Notes: generated by a model from the sequence alone, not told the origin. Numbered from the whole stretch's first letter, positions 11,110 to 21,890 are shown. The stretch is DNA of 62,184 nt, filler included, from Nitrospinota bacterium (GCA_030620925.1; 11 parts of 11 records of this genome joined end to end with filler, not necessarily neighbours in it), one strand, 5' to 3'. Numbers and translations are program-made.

Positions 11110-11871
11110 ATGCGAATATCTGGCCGGCTGAAACGAATTAATCATCTTGCCGTTATAGTTTTCATAGTCGCCGTCATCCTACCCTCTTTATCCCAAACGG
11201 CAAAAGCCGATCCCTTTGACCGGTACAGAGAATTCATTGATAACTTTAAGGCCTACGATATCTACCAGCGGGAGGACGCCATAAATGAGCTTGAAAAATA
11301 TATAACCTCAGACATTGAGAAAAAATATCTTTTGGGGATGCTCTATTTTATACAAGCCCTCGAAACCATGACGTCTATCGCCCGCAGTAAGCCTTACAGA
11401 CCGGAGTTTGAAAAGGTTCTTAAAGATTCCACCGTACAAAAATATTTTGGACTGTCGGAGAAAAACTATGACGCCGTTGAAAACGAGAACCCGGGGTACA
11501 AATACATTTACTGTAAGTATGTAGAGCTGTACCGTTACTCGTTAAACGAAGAAGGGCTTAAAAAAATTGTCGCCAAGGTTGGAGAGGTGGAAGAAAACGA
11601 ACGAACCCAACAATGCAAAGATATGATCGCGTATGTGGCAAAAGATTTCGCTAAACGGGGTCGGCTTAACATATCCAGGACAATCTTGGATTCTGCGATT
11701 AATAGCTGGCCTTCCTATCCAAAGTATATGAATGAAGCGATGGGTGATATAGAGATTGCACTAGAGAATTACAAACAAGCCATGGTATGGTGGGAGCGTT
11801 GCGTTGAAGAAGCGGAGGATGAGGAGCGAAGGCAGCGCTGCCTGAAAAAAATAGATAATTCGTACGAATGA
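11110..11871 (+). CDS. Exported helical/TPR-like hypothetical protein
   Basis: GGAGG RBS, signal-peptide-like N-terminus (AKA-D), TPR-like C-terminus. Confidence 0.6.
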   Translation: MRISGRLKRINHLAVIVFIVAVILPSLSQTAKADPFDRYREFIDNFKAYDIYQREDAINELEKYITSDIEKKYLLGMLYFIQALETMTSIARSKPYRPEFEKVLKDSTVQKYFGLSEKNYDAVENENPGYKYIYCKYVELYRYSLNEEGLKKIVAKVGEVEENERTQQCKDMIAYVAKDFAKRGRLNISRTILDSAINSWPSYPKYMNEAMGDIEIALENYKQAMVWWERCVEEAEDEERRQRCLKKIDNSYE

Positions 11872-11966
11872 CCTGCCGACCGTTGCACTAAACCAGTCCA
11901 TTTATATGATTTGAGCTCCCCGGGATGCACTCGATGTACGAAGAACCTGATTTGAGGATAAACACG

Positions 11967-12470
11967 ATGGGGACGATTTTTCATATTTATCGTTGGCCGC
12001 TGATAGCCTGCTTGCTCCTGTCTATTTTTGTTTCGGCCGCGGCCGTTTGCCGGGCCGAACAAAAAACTCCATACAGGCTCAGTGCGATTGAAGCTTACCT
12101 TTATTATAGTAATACAGGCACATTCTCAATCAACATCTTTGACAACAAAAAGTTTATTCTCTGGAACGTAATTATCGGCGAAGGCTCGGCGCACGGATAT
12201 TCGAATGACACTTTTATAAAAATCTTACTTAAAGGAAAGCCGGGGGGATACCCGGAGGGTCTAAAGATAGTGCTGACGGCGCGGACTCCTTTGGAGACCC
12301 TTCTGGAGCGAGAATCGTCTCCGGGCATCTTCGCCTCAGACGGAAAGTATTACGCCGGTTACTGGCTTTATGGGACAGGATGCACGCCGGTAGAGATTAC
12401 GGTACGACTGATTGGCAAGGATAGTGAACAGAAACTGACAAAGACGATCCCGTTCGAATGCGGGGAATGA
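11967..12470 (+). CDS. Exported hypothetical protein
   Basis: GAGGA RBS, signal peptide, LWNVIIGEGSA and C-terminal IPFECGE. Confidence 0.6.
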   Translation: MGTIFHIYRWPLIACLLLSIFVSAAAVCRAEQKTPYRLSAIEAYLYYSNTGTFSINIFDNKKFILWNVIIGEGSAHGYSNDTFIKILLKGKPGGYPEGLKIVLTARTPLETLLERESSPGIFASDGKYYAGYWLYGTGCTPVEITVRLIGKDSEQKLTKTIPFECGE

Positions 12471-12542
12471 TCGAAACCCATCCATACCCCGTTTCTAAAA
12501 CCCGTTAAACACTCATGAATTTTGCTCTATTTTTCCGGTAAT

Positions 12543-13211
12543 TTATTTTGATAATTCTATTAATTGTAATAATTCTTCAGGATCACTGAAAAAACCATCC
12601 GGCTTTAAAGCTCTTAACGATTTCTCAGTTTCCCAGGGGAACCACAAACATAACCCGATGTAACATCCCGCATTTCTCGCAGCCAACAAATCATTAACAG
12701 AATCTCCCAGGTAAATTGTCCTATCCGGTGAAGAATTCAATTCTTGCATGGCTAAATTAAGCGGGTATGGGTCCGGTTTTATTCTTAGTTTTCCTTCATG
12801 ATCTACTTCTTTGATATCTTCGTGGCCTATTATTATTTTAAAAAGCGAGTCGTGAGGGTCGACTTTGGGTTTAATCGTCGATTTGAGGTTGGTTGAGCAA
12901 ATACCGACTTTGGGAAAATATTCAGCTAAAGTATTGATAATATTAATTACATCATCAGGGATTTCAATCTTTAAAATCTCTTTGCTATAGTATTTTCTAA
13001 TAATTTCAGTAGCTCGTTTTTTTTGTGAATCTTTAATACCCATTTCAGCAAAAGTATTATGGTAATTAGTGGTATCAATTTCTCTGAACCAGTCAACATC
13101 TAATTCTTTACTAAAAAGTTCCAACGAAATATTTTTATACGCATCAAGAAAAGCACCATAAGAATTTAATAGCACTCCATCAAAATCAAAGATTAAAGTA
13201 TCATACGTCAA
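12543..13211 (-). CDS. HAD-family phosphatase (phosphoglycolate phosphatase-like), AT-rich
   Basis: FDFDGVL, KPDP, YLGDSVND. Confidence 0.88.
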   Translation of the reverse strand: MTYDTLIFDFDGVLLNSYGAFLDAYKNISLELFSKELDVDWFREIDTTNYHNTFAEMGIKDSQKKRATEIIRKYYSKEILKIEIPDDVINIINTLAEYFPKVGICSTNLKSTIKPKVDPHDSLFKIIIGHEDIKEVDHEGKLRIKPDPYPLNLAMQELNSSPDRTIYLGDSVNDLLAARNAGCYIGLCLWFPWETEKSLRALKPDGFFSDPEELLQLIELSK

Positions 13212-13411
13212 GGTCTATTCCTCCTTAGCTTATCTAATAATAAATTCTCTTTCAGGTTCTGCTGCATCTCAAATCGAACCGCCCTCAGCTATTTTACCAC
13301 TTTCAATGTCAGGTTTTGAAAATTTTCAAGGGCTCTCCGATGGCCTTGCGGGACACCGGGATTCCCACCGCGGACCTGGGCCGGAAAATTTTAAAAATGA
13401 TAAGCTGAGCG

Positions 13412-14929
13412 CTATTTAATGAACAGCGCAGGAATGATCACAATAACTACCATTAAAGCCACCAGCAGAAAAATATCGTTGAAAGAGTTGACCAGTGCCT
13501 GCAGCTCGACCACCTTGTTCAACACTGACATGGCCTTGGCGGAGGCAAGTGCTTCGGTGTTGCCGTGGGAAACGAACAGGTTCTTAACGGAGTTGAGGAA
13601 AAACCGGGCGGCGTAAGGAGCATCGGCCTGGCTCGTTCCGAACATCTGCCGATAGAAGATTTCTCGGCCTTCCATATAAGTCCCGAATAAAGCTATTCCC
13701 ACCATCCCTCCGATTTGACGGTTCATGTTTATCAGCCCTGAACCCATACCTACCTGGCTCAGGGGCAGCGCGCCCAGGCTGGCCCGAATCAGGGGAGCGA
13801 AGATCAGGCCCCCGCCGATATCTCTGAGTATGACCAGTGACACTACCGTCCCGAAGCTGCTCTGGTAGTTCAATCGCGACATGGAATACATGCTCAGGAT
13901 GTAAAATCCCAAGCCCATGATGATGGGGATCCTGGCCGGAAACCGGTCAGCCATCCATCCTGCTACCAGCAGGGCCACGCCGCCCACCAGCATAGAAGGG
14001 AAGAAGATCAGGGAGGTTTTGAACACATCGTAGCCCAGCACACTATTAGCGAACTGCGGAACCAAAAAGGAGGTTCCTATGAGGATGACCCCATAAGCTA
14101 CAGCTATGGAGCTAGCCATAACATAAACAAAACTCTTATATAATCTCAGCTCTACGAAGGGGTTTCTCCTGCGTAGTTCAGTGAATAGGAATAACACCAG
14201 GGAGACCGCGAATATGAAGAAGAGTAACAGGATATAGTCTGAATACCATCCGTAGCGTCTCCCTTGAGTTAAGGCCAGGAGCAGGCTCAGGAGAAAGACG
14301 GCCATGAGCGTCGCGCCTAACAGGTCCAATTGCACCACCGGCTGCTTCTTCTGTTTTCGCAGCATTACCAGCGCAAAAATAAAGCTGAACATGGCCAGAG
14401 GCGCATTGAAGTAGAAGAAGGCACGCCAGGTGAATTCCTCCGCGAACCTTCCCAGGAAAATAGTTGCAAAGGCGATACCCGCAGAGGACCCTAAAGAATA
14501 GAAGCCAATGGCGATGCCCCGCTTCTTTGCAGGGAAGTTCTCGAAGATGATGGCGTGAGAGGTGGGCATGACCGAACCCGAAGCGATACCCACCAGCACC
14601 CTGAAAAAGATAAGTGAACCCTGACTCCAGGCCAGACTGCAAAGGACGGTGGACACCATGAAAAAGCCCAGGCTCCAGATATAGATATTGTTCCTGCCGA
14701 AAGTGTTCCCCAGCCAGCCACTGGCGGGGATCATCACCGCTATGGCAATCAAGGTGGAGTTAACCACCCAGCTACCCTGGATGACGTTGAGCCCGAACCC
14801 GGACATTATCTTGGGGAGTATTATGGCTACAGAGGTGTTATCCACCCACACTGTGATGGAGGCGGACGTGGTAACCATTAAAAGTATCCAGTGATACCGT
14901 GTTATCACTTCATTTTCAGATTGTTCCAA
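13412..14929 (-). CDS. DHA2 (EmrB/QacA) MFS efflux permease
   Basis: Many hydrophobic TM-like segments, WRAFFYFNAP, RQIGGMVG. Confidence 0.88.
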   Translation of the reverse strand: MEQSENEVITRYHWILLMVTTSASITVWVDNTSVAIILPKIMSGFGLNVIQGSWVVNSTLIAIAVMIPASGWLGNTFGRNNIYIWSLGFFMVSTVLCSLAWSQGSLIFFRVLVGIASGSVMPTSHAIIFENFPAKKRGIAIGFYSLGSSAGIAFATIFLGRFAEEFTWRAFFYFNAPLAMFSFIFALVMLRKQKKQPVVQLDLLGATLMAVFLLSLLLALTQGRRYGWYSDYILLLFFIFAVSLVLFLFTELRRRNPFVELRLYKSFVYVMASSIAVAYGVILIGTSFLVPQFANSVLGYDVFKTSLIFFPSMLVGGVALLVAGWMADRFPARIPIIMGLGFYILSMYSMSRLNYQSSFGTVVSLVILRDIGGGLIFAPLIRASLGALPLSQVGMGSGLINMNRQIGGMVGIALFGTYMEGREIFYRQMFGTSQADAPYAARFFLNSVKNLFVSHGNTEALASAKAMSVLNKVVELQALVNSFNDIFLLVALMVVIVIIPALFIK

Positions 14930-15244
14930 CTAACTTTTCCTAAATCAGGTTCTGTGTTGAAGTAAGACAGACCCACATGAATAATGTGACTAAGGAACCA
15001 AACAGATTGAACAGACCCGATTTTACCTCATAATATGAAACACACCCTTTTTCAGAATACAGCTAGTCAAGTCATCTTCTTCAGGGTCGAAATTACGACC
15101 ATGCCCTCGAAAAACCCCTGTATCGGATCGGTTTTCTCTGTTTGTTAGAAAGAGAGTTAACATAAAACAAAGTTTATACATATGGTAATATAATTGTCAA
15201 TTATAGTGAATTATTTGTTGATTTCTTTTGGGCCGTATGCTAAG

Positions 15245-15266
15245 ACCTACCTACCGGTAAGTAAGT
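15245..15266. promoter_or_regulatory. Putative TetR operator
   Basis: Near-palindrome ACCTACCTACCGGTAAGTAAGT about 95 nt upstream of tetR, in the divergent intergenic region. Confidence 0.6.
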
Positions 15267-15360
15267 TACCTTGGTTTTAATTTTTTTTCAAGTCAACACA
15301 TAATTTTTACATCGATAGCTACGTGGTAGACGTTATTAAAAGGGGTAGAGGAAAAGAGTA

Positions 15361-15921
15361 TTGATTGTTAAGAAGTTACCGAAAAACGATGTGCGGGAAA
15401 GGATTGAGAGCGTCTCCGCCCGCCTTTTCTCCAAGAAGGGTTACGACGCCGTCTCTATAAGGGAGATAGCCGAGGCGGTGGGGGTGACCAAGCCGGCCAT
15501 CTACTACTATTTCGAGGGCAAGAAGGCCCTCTACGACAACCTGTTGAGGGACGGCTTTGAGAGACTCCACCGGTGCATAAGAGAGACGGTGGCGAGAGAG
15601 GAGGAGCCGGAGAAGAAGCTCCTGGCCGCTATAAACTCGCATTTCAGCTTCTGCCTGGACAACATCGACACCATGAAGTTCATCTACCTGTGTATCCTGG
15701 AGTCCACCGAGCATACCGCTCTTTCCAGCCAGAGCTTCATGATCATGGAGGAGGTCTTCACCGAAGCGCAGAAGAAGGGCAAATTCCTGAAAGGGAACCC
15801 CAGGGAGCTTTCCATAGCACTCATGGGGATAATCAATATCTATCTGATGAGGCAACTGGCGGTGCGGCAGAAGCTGCTCACCGAGGAACTGGGGCGGAAG
15901 ATCCTGAACATGATAAGTTAA
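15361..15921 (+). CDS. TetR/AcrR-family regulator
   Basis: LFSKKGYDAVSIREIAEAVGVTKPAIYYYFEGK HTH. Confidence 0.93.
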   Translation: MIVKKLPKNDVRERIESVSARLFSKKGYDAVSIREIAEAVGVTKPAIYYYFEGKKALYDNLLRDGFERLHRCIRETVAREEEPEKKLLAAINSHFSFCLDNIDTMKFIYLCILESTEHTALSSQSFMIMEEVFTEAQKKGKFLKGNPRELSIALMGIINIYLMRQLAVRQKLLTEELGRKILNMIS

Positions 15922-15997
15922 CCGCTCATCCTGAGCCCTTTAATGAACTCTTCCATCTCATTCATCATAGAGCATCTGCACTGCTGAGCGGTTGGTC

Positions 15998-17548
15998 ATG
16001 GAACAACCAGCTGAAATTCCCCTGCACGAAAAGCCCATATACAAATGGCTGGTCACCATAGCGTTGATAATAGGAACGTTCATCTACGCCATGGACATGG
16101 CCATCGTGAACATTGCCCTGCCGCATATCATGGCCGACTTCGGCATGAACCTGGATAAGGCGCAGTGGGTGGCCACCGCTTATATGCTCACCATGGCGGT
16201 GGCCATGCCTTCGACAGCCTGGCTTGGAGCCAAGCTGGGACACCGCACTCTCTACGCCACTTCCCTGGCCGTCTTCACCTTCTTCTCTCTGATGTGCGGT
16301 CTTTCCTGGAGCGCCGATTCGTTGATAGTATTCAGAGCTCTTCAGGGGTTGGGTGGTGGAGCGATTCTGCCCATTGCCATGGTCATTTTCTACGAGGTTT
16401 TCCCTGAGAAGCAGAGGGGGCTGGCAATGGGCATCTATGCACTGGGTTCGGTGATGGGGCCCGCCATGGGGCCGGTGATGGGGGGTTACCTGGTGGAGGA
16501 GCTTAACTGGCGGCTCATCTTTTTCATCAACCTTCCCTTCGGCGCGGTGGGGCTTCTGATGACCTTTTTAATAATGAAAGAGAGCAGGCCACCCGTTAAA
16601 CGCAAGCTCGATTTCCTGGGCCTGATTTTTCTGGCCCTCTGCCTGGGCAGCCTGCTCCTGTTGCTCAGCCACGGCCAGCGGGAGGGTTGGTGGAGTTCGG
16701 GTTACATACGCAATCTTTTCATCATTTTCCTGGGCTCGCTGGTGGCCTTCATCATTACCGAGCTCAAGGTGAGGGAACCCTTCGTTGAGCTACGGCTTTT
16801 TAAGAATTTCATGTACAGCAACGCCACCATACTTTCCGTCATACTGGGCATAGGCTATTGCGGCTCCCTGTACATAGTACCCATCTATTTGCAGCGCATG
16901 CTCCCTTATACAGCCTTCGAGGCGGGGGTTATCATGCTGCCCGGCACGTTGCTCTTCGGTGCTTTCCTGTTCCTCACCGGGGTGTTGACAGGCAAGGTGA
17001 GCGGCAGGGCCCTGGTAGTGACGGGCATAATGGTGTTCAGCGTCGGCATATACTGGCTCTCCGACATATCGTTTCAGACCAGGGAATCTGTCATAGTATG
17101 GATGCTCAATCTGAGGGGCATCGGCCTGGGCCTCATCTTCACTCCCCTCATGGTGTTGGCCATCTTTTCACTGCCCATGGAGCAGGTATCTATGGGGTCC
17201 GGTCTCTTCAACGTTATGCGCTACCTGGGGGGTATGTTCGGTATAGCGATTATAAGTACGCTTGTGGAGAGGCGGGAGCTTTTCCACAGGGCCATGTATG
17301 TTGAACATCAGACTTACGAATCACCGGGCACATCGGTTTTCCTCTATAACACCAGGGGGCTTTTCCAAGGCCTGGGGGATATGGGAGAACTGGCCAGGCT
17401 TAAATCCCTGGCGCTCCTCAATCGGATGGTAGGGACGGAGGCCCTGCTTTCGGCCTTCAGCGATGTCTATCTGGTATTGGGTATCCTATCGCTGGCATGC
17501 ATTGTCCCTGCCATGATGCTGAAAGCGAAGCAACAGGCAGCTGCCTGA
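15998..17548 (+). CDS. DHA2 (EmrB/QacA) MFS efflux permease
   Basis: IVNIALP, WVATAY, FRALQGLGGG, GPVMGG, WRLIFFINLP. Confidence 0.92.
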   Translation: MEQPAEIPLHEKPIYKWLVTIALIIGTFIYAMDMAIVNIALPHIMADFGMNLDKAQWVATAYMLTMAVAMPSTAWLGAKLGHRTLYATSLAVFTFFSLMCGLSWSADSLIVFRALQGLGGGAILPIAMVIFYEVFPEKQRGLAMGIYALGSVMGPAMGPVMGGYLVEELNWRLIFFINLPFGAVGLLMTFLIMKESRPPVKRKLDFLGLIFLALCLGSLLLLLSHGQREGWWSSGYIRNLFIIFLGSLVAFIITELKVREPFVELRLFKNFMYSNATILSVILGIGYCGSLYIVPIYLQRMLPYTAFEAGVIMLPGTLLFGAFLFLTGVLTGKVSGRALVVTGIMVFSVGIYWLSDISFQTRESVIVWMLNLRGIGLGLIFTPLMVLAIFSLPMEQVSMGSGLFNVMRYLGGMFGIAIISTLVERRELFHRAMYVEHQTYESPGTSVFLYNTRGLFQGLGDMGELARLKSLALLNRMVGTEALLSAFSDVYLVLGILSLACIVPAMMLKAKQQAAA

Positions 17549-17612
17549 TAGCGAGAAAAATTGTTATTGATATCCCTGCCCTTTACTATCTTTTATTGAA
17601 GGAGGGAACACA

Positions 17613-18335
17613 ATGGAGAAGGAACCGGAGTTCGGATCTGTCTACAAAGACTATAGCGGTCTTTGTGAGTTTAAAAAGATGAGCCAGAGGAGAATGGTAT
17701 GGCCCGATCATCGGACAAAGTTCATCAGTGGAGGAAATAACTATTATTGCCGTCCAATGGCTAAAGATGAAATAGAAAAGGTCTGTTTACTATATTGGAT
17801 CGGGGTTCCTGAGTGCAAAGGGACCAATTTTGATTTCCTGCACAACCCCCCAGCCATGCGGGAAATGGTGGGCGACGGCGATACCTTTATGAAAAAGGAC
17901 TGGTTCATCTACGTGGCTGAAGATATGGCTTCCGGTGCGTTATGCGCGGCTTGCGCCATCAGAGCGGACAGGCTGAACATGACCATATGGGGTGAGGTCG
18001 GTGTGATAGACCCTCATTACAGGCAGAAGGGAATATTCAGCGATTTTTTGGAGTACATGAACGAGGTATATCCCCTCACCGGCGCTGAGTACGGACTGGC
18101 CTGGGTAGCCACCTTCCACACCATCTCCCAACATATCATGGAGCGACTCGGATGGAACGTTTGCGGATTGTTCCGCGGCGGTTACATCATGAACCATAGA
18201 GGAGATGATTACTACAGGCATCCCATAATACTTATAGAAAAGTTCTTTAACGATGGCGAGAGGGTCACTCCGAAAGAGATGGAGCTCACTTCAAGGTCAC
18301 GTTTCATTCTGAATGCCATCAAATCGCAAGGTTGA
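17613..18335 (+). CDS. GNAT-fold acetyltransferase-like protein
   Basis: VIDPHYRQKGIF acetyl-CoA motif A; SQHIMERLGW; GGAGG RBS. Confidence 0.65.
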   Translation: MEKEPEFGSVYKDYSGLCEFKKMSQRRMVWPDHRTKFISGGNNYYCRPMAKDEIEKVCLLYWIGVPECKGTNFDFLHNPPAMREMVGDGDTFMKKDWFIYVAEDMASGALCAACAIRADRLNMTIWGEVGVIDPHYRQKGIFSDFLEYMNEVYPLTGAEYGLAWVATFHTISQHIMERLGWNVCGLFRGGYIMNHRGDDYYRHPIILIEKFFNDGERVTPKEMELTSRSRFILNAIKSQG

Positions 18336-18499
18336 GGGAATGGGGGTTTATGACCATCACAGTTGACCTAAAGCGTTTCTATATCCTTCTCGCCGAAGAN
18401 NNNNNNNNNNNNNNNNNNNNNNNNNNNNNNNNNNNNNNNNNNNTTAATTAATTAANNNNNNNNNNNNNNNNNNNNNNNNNNNNNNNNNNNNNNNNNNNN

Positions 18500-18625
18500 C
18501 AGAACGTTTTGCAACAAACAAAGACGGCTATGAAAGGTGATGGCGGCAACGGCGGCGAGGATACGCCTGAAAAGCTTATACCTTTTAAGGAAGACAAAGA
18601 CAGGAAAGACCTAACTGATTTTTAA
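18500..18625 (+). CDS. C-terminal fragment, probably a methyl-accepting chemotaxis protein tail
   Basis: Flexible linker ending PEKLIPF...DLTDF*, resembling MCP C-terminal tethers. Confidence 0.45.
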   Translation, partial: QNVLQQTKTAMKGDGGNGGEDTPEKLIPFKEDKDRKDLTDF

Positions 18626-18783
18626 CCCTGCATATACAATGGCCTGACGGGGCGCGGTCTTGCCAACCGCGCCCCGGCATCCCCTGGGTCTCCGGTCAAT
18701 TAACGGGTTCTATTTTTTCCCCTCCTCCTAAGGGGAACCCAGCCCACCGGAGACCCGGGGCCTTATTTCGCCGTCCGGGCAGA

Positions 18784-19782
18784 TTACTTCAACCCGTACT
18801 TCAGATGTAGCATTCCGACGAAATCCTGCCTGACGAACCGGTTATTTTTGTGAGCGCCGTTAACCGCGCTATAAATGTTCCCTGAATACCATCCCGCCTC
18901 CAGCGAAAGCAGCGTGACCCCCAAAAAAATGTTCCCGGCATATATGGAGGATATTCCTCCGATGATAAAGCCTTGATTGATCAAAAAAGCCACCAATGAA
19001 TCTCGCTTTCTGCCCGCATAAAACTGCCCGGCCCCGGGCAGGTAAGCGGAGAGCAGTCCGGCGGCAAGGGGTGATTTCTCATCCAGCTCAAATCCGTGCA
19101 GGGCCTGTTCTGATAAAGCATCAGCCGATGCGGCGTAGGGGTTATCCGCCGATAGGGAAGAAAAACTTTCAGATGCCTCCTGCCAGCGGCCCGATCTGAG
19201 ATAACTCCATCCCACCATGAAGGCGGCACGATGCCCCAGGTATGTGTTTCCGAATTGATCGTTCACCATGCCGTATATTTCCATGGCGCTCGTGAAATCC
19301 CCGCCCTGGTAATCGCTCTCAGCCATCATGTAAAGGGCGCGGGCCCTCAATTCTTCTTCTCCATAAGAGATATACACTTTCCTGAACGAGACCAATGCTT
19401 CATCATATTCTCCCCCTTTGAAAAGAGCCCAGGCGACTGCGTAAGCGGCCTCGCCATTTAGCCTGTGGTCGGGGAAATAGTGCACAAACCGTTGGAACTC
19501 AATCGCCGCCTGGCGGAATGCACCCGAATCAAGCAGACGAGTTGCGAAACCATAGAGCCTGTCAGCCTCGGTCCGGGCACCGGGGATAATGTTCGGCTTT
19601 ATCATATATTCGTATTCTTTGGAAGCGCCTCCGGGCCCCCTGCCCTGCCCTGCTTCGACAATCGGGAACTGTTGGGACAGGAGGAGCATGGAAAGTAGAT
19701 TCATAGCAATAGCACCTTTAAAAATACGCCTGAGCCTGACCATTGGCCCTTCCCTCTGGTAAAGTGTTGATAGGAGTCTCAT
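18784..19782 (-). CDS. TPR-repeat envelope protein with TM2-like C-terminal segment
   Basis: Repeated TPR helices; KSPLAAGLLSAYLPGAGQFYAG. Confidence 0.7.
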   Translation of the reverse strand: MRLLSTLYQREGPMVRLRRIFKGAIAMNLLSMLLLSQQFPIVEAGQGRGPGGASKEYEYMIKPNIIPGARTEADRLYGFATRLLDSGAFRQAAIEFQRFVHYFPDHRLNGEAAYAVAWALFKGGEYDEALVSFRKVYISYGEEELRARALYMMAESDYQGGDFTSAMEIYGMVNDQFGNTYLGHRAAFMVGWSYLRSGRWQEASESFSSLSADNPYAASADALSEQALHGFELDEKSPLAAGLLSAYLPGAGQFYAGRKRDSLVAFLINQGFIIGGISSIYAGNIFLGVTLLSLEAGWYSGNIYSAVNGAHKNNRFVRQDFVGMLHLKYGLK

Positions 19783-19968
19783 TCGTCTAATTATATTGAC
19801 AACAAAACAGCCTTTTGATAGCTTTACACCAATTTTAACCTTCTCTTACTCTTTTCTCTACGTTAAAAGGTGATGTCGTTCAAGAGCAGCGCTATATTAC
19901 CGAGTGGAAAAGCGGTTTCCCTATTCCGAGGAGAAAACTAAAACACTACGTTTTCAACCGGCCTACCC

Positions 19969-21147
19969 ATGGAACAATCTGTTAAGGCATTAAAGTCCGG
20001 TAAGATATTAACCCCTCTCCATGCCATAGACAAGGGAGTAATTTTAATCCGGGGCCGAAAGATCGAAGCTGTCGATGAACAAAGCGAGCTGCCGATACCG
20101 ACCGGCGCCGAAGTCTACGACCTTAAGGGGCTGACGGTTCTACCCGGGCTAATCGACGTTCACTTGCATGGATGGGGTGGGTATGATTTTAGTTCCCCTG
20201 ATGAGAAATCCTTGTATGCTATCAGCGACCTCCTCCCTTCGTTCGGCGTGACAACCTATCTTCCTACAATCTGTGATGCAGGGGAAGAAAGGATTTTAGA
20301 AGTTTTGATGGCAGTTTCCGGTTTCATTTCTTCACAGAACAGGGGAGCCAGAGCCATCGGCATTCACCTGGAAGGTCCTTTTTTGAACGCCTCCAAAATG
20401 GGTTCCATCAGAGCTGAAGCCCTGCTTAAGCCTGATCTGCACCGGCTGAAAAGCTATCTTGATTCTGGTGGGGGTCATGTTAGAATGATGACTTTATCTC
20501 CTGAGCTCAGCGGGGCACCGGAGATTATTCAACACCTCAATGGGGCGGGAATAGTCCCCTGCGCCGGACATTCTGAGGCCGATTACAATCAAACTTCCGC
20601 AGCCATCGAAATAGGAGTGAGGCACGCTGCCCATACTTTCAACGCCATGGGCCCTTTTCACCACCGCAATCCGGGAATTGTGGGTGCAGTTCTGACCGAT
20701 GACAGAGTCACCGCAGAAATCATACCCGACGGCGTTCATCTGCATCGAGCAGCGGTGAAGCTGGTATACAGGTGCAAGGGAGAATCCGGCGCGGTAACCG
20801 TATCAGACGCTCATGGGAAGGCTGGAATGAAGCCGGGAAGATATAAGGACAGCAACGGTCGCGAGGTGCTGGTAGCTGAAGATGCGGTGAGGCTGACAGA
20901 CGGCACACTGGCCGGGGGCGCAACCTCCATGAATCTATTGGTGGAGAATCTTGCCGAATATGCCGAAATATCAATAGGGGAGGCGGTGGCTTCTGCTACC
21001 ATGAATCCAGCACGTTTACTCGGAATCGATAAGGATACGGGTTCTCTCGAGGCTGGAAAAGACGCTGATATAACTGCTGTGGATGCGGATTTCAACGTTC
21101 GGCTCACCGTGGTTAAGGGAGAGATAGCTTTTAATCAGGAAAACTGA
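19969..21147 (+). CDS. nagA: N-acetylglucosamine-6-phosphate deacetylase
   Basis: PGLIDVHLHG, HLEGPF, HTFNAM, DGVH, LAGG. Confidence 0.93.
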   Translation: MEQSVKALKSGKILTPLHAIDKGVILIRGRKIEAVDEQSELPIPTGAEVYDLKGLTVLPGLIDVHLHGWGGYDFSSPDEKSLYAISDLLPSFGVTTYLPTICDAGEERILEVLMAVSGFISSQNRGARAIGIHLEGPFLNASKMGSIRAEALLKPDLHRLKSYLDSGGGHVRMMTLSPELSGAPEIIQHLNGAGIVPCAGHSEADYNQTSAAIEIGVRHAAHTFNAMGPFHHRNPGIVGAVLTDDRVTAEIIPDGVHLHRAAVKLVYRCKGESGAVTVSDAHGKAGMKPGRYKDSNGREVLVAEDAVRLTDGTLAGGATSMNLLVENLAEYAEISIGEAVASATMNPARLLGIDKDTGSLEAGKDADITAVDADFNVRLTVVKGEIAFNQEN

Positions 21148-21228
21148 AAGACTACAATTTCATTAATATTTTAAAGTGAATTCTAGATACTGTTTTTCAA
21201 ATACAACTAACATAATTAAGATTTTAGA

Positions 21229-21843
21229 ATGGCCGAATTTTTCGCCACATATTTGAACCAATTTACCTACAGCGGGCTCGTTGCAGCTCTTATATGCACG
21301 GGGATAGGGCTGCCTTTTCCGGAGAGCATCATCCTTATTATCGGCGGCTTCATGGCCTATTCCGGCCGTACCGACCTCTATTACACCGGCCTGGCCTGCT
21401 ATGGGGGTGTCCTGACCGGAGACATGGTTTCATACCATATGGGAAGGAGGTGGGGAGATAAGATCATACATAAAACGACGGTGAGCGGCGTTCTGACCGA
21501 TGAGAAATGGAAAAAGGTGAAAGAACACTTTACTAAACACGAGGGTAAGACCATCTTTTTCTCCAGGTTCATACCCGGTATAAGGGTAGCCGCACACATC
21601 ATGGCCGGTATACTCAAAGTGCGGAGTCTGAAATTTTTCTTCATTAACTCTACGGCCGCCCTCATAAACGTTTCCCTGACTGTATACGCTGGATACATCT
21701 TCGGCTCCAGGATGGAAAAAATTCTGTACATCCTCCGCGGGTTAAGCATATTTCTTATAACGATTATCTCCGCTGGAGTTGGTGTGGGCGTGATATACTA
21801 TCTTGTCAAACGCAAGCGAGCGCAGCAGGACTTCCCTTCTTAA
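21229..21843 (+). CDS. DedA-family membrane protein
   Basis: GLPFPES, GDMVSYHMGR, SRFIPGIR. Confidence 0.9.
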   Translation: MAEFFATYLNQFTYSGLVAALICTGIGLPFPESIILIIGGFMAYSGRTDLYYTGLACYGGVLTGDMVSYHMGRRWGDKIIHKTTVSGVLTDEKWKKVKEHFTKHEGKTIFFSRFIPGIRVAAHIMAGILKVRSLKFFFINSTAALINVSLTVYAGYIFGSRMEKILYILRGLSIFLITIISAGVGVGVIYYLVKRKRAQQDFPS

Positions 21844-21890
21844 CAGTTATAGTATAGGTATAGCCTATCACCGTGGAAGGAGGCTTTATC

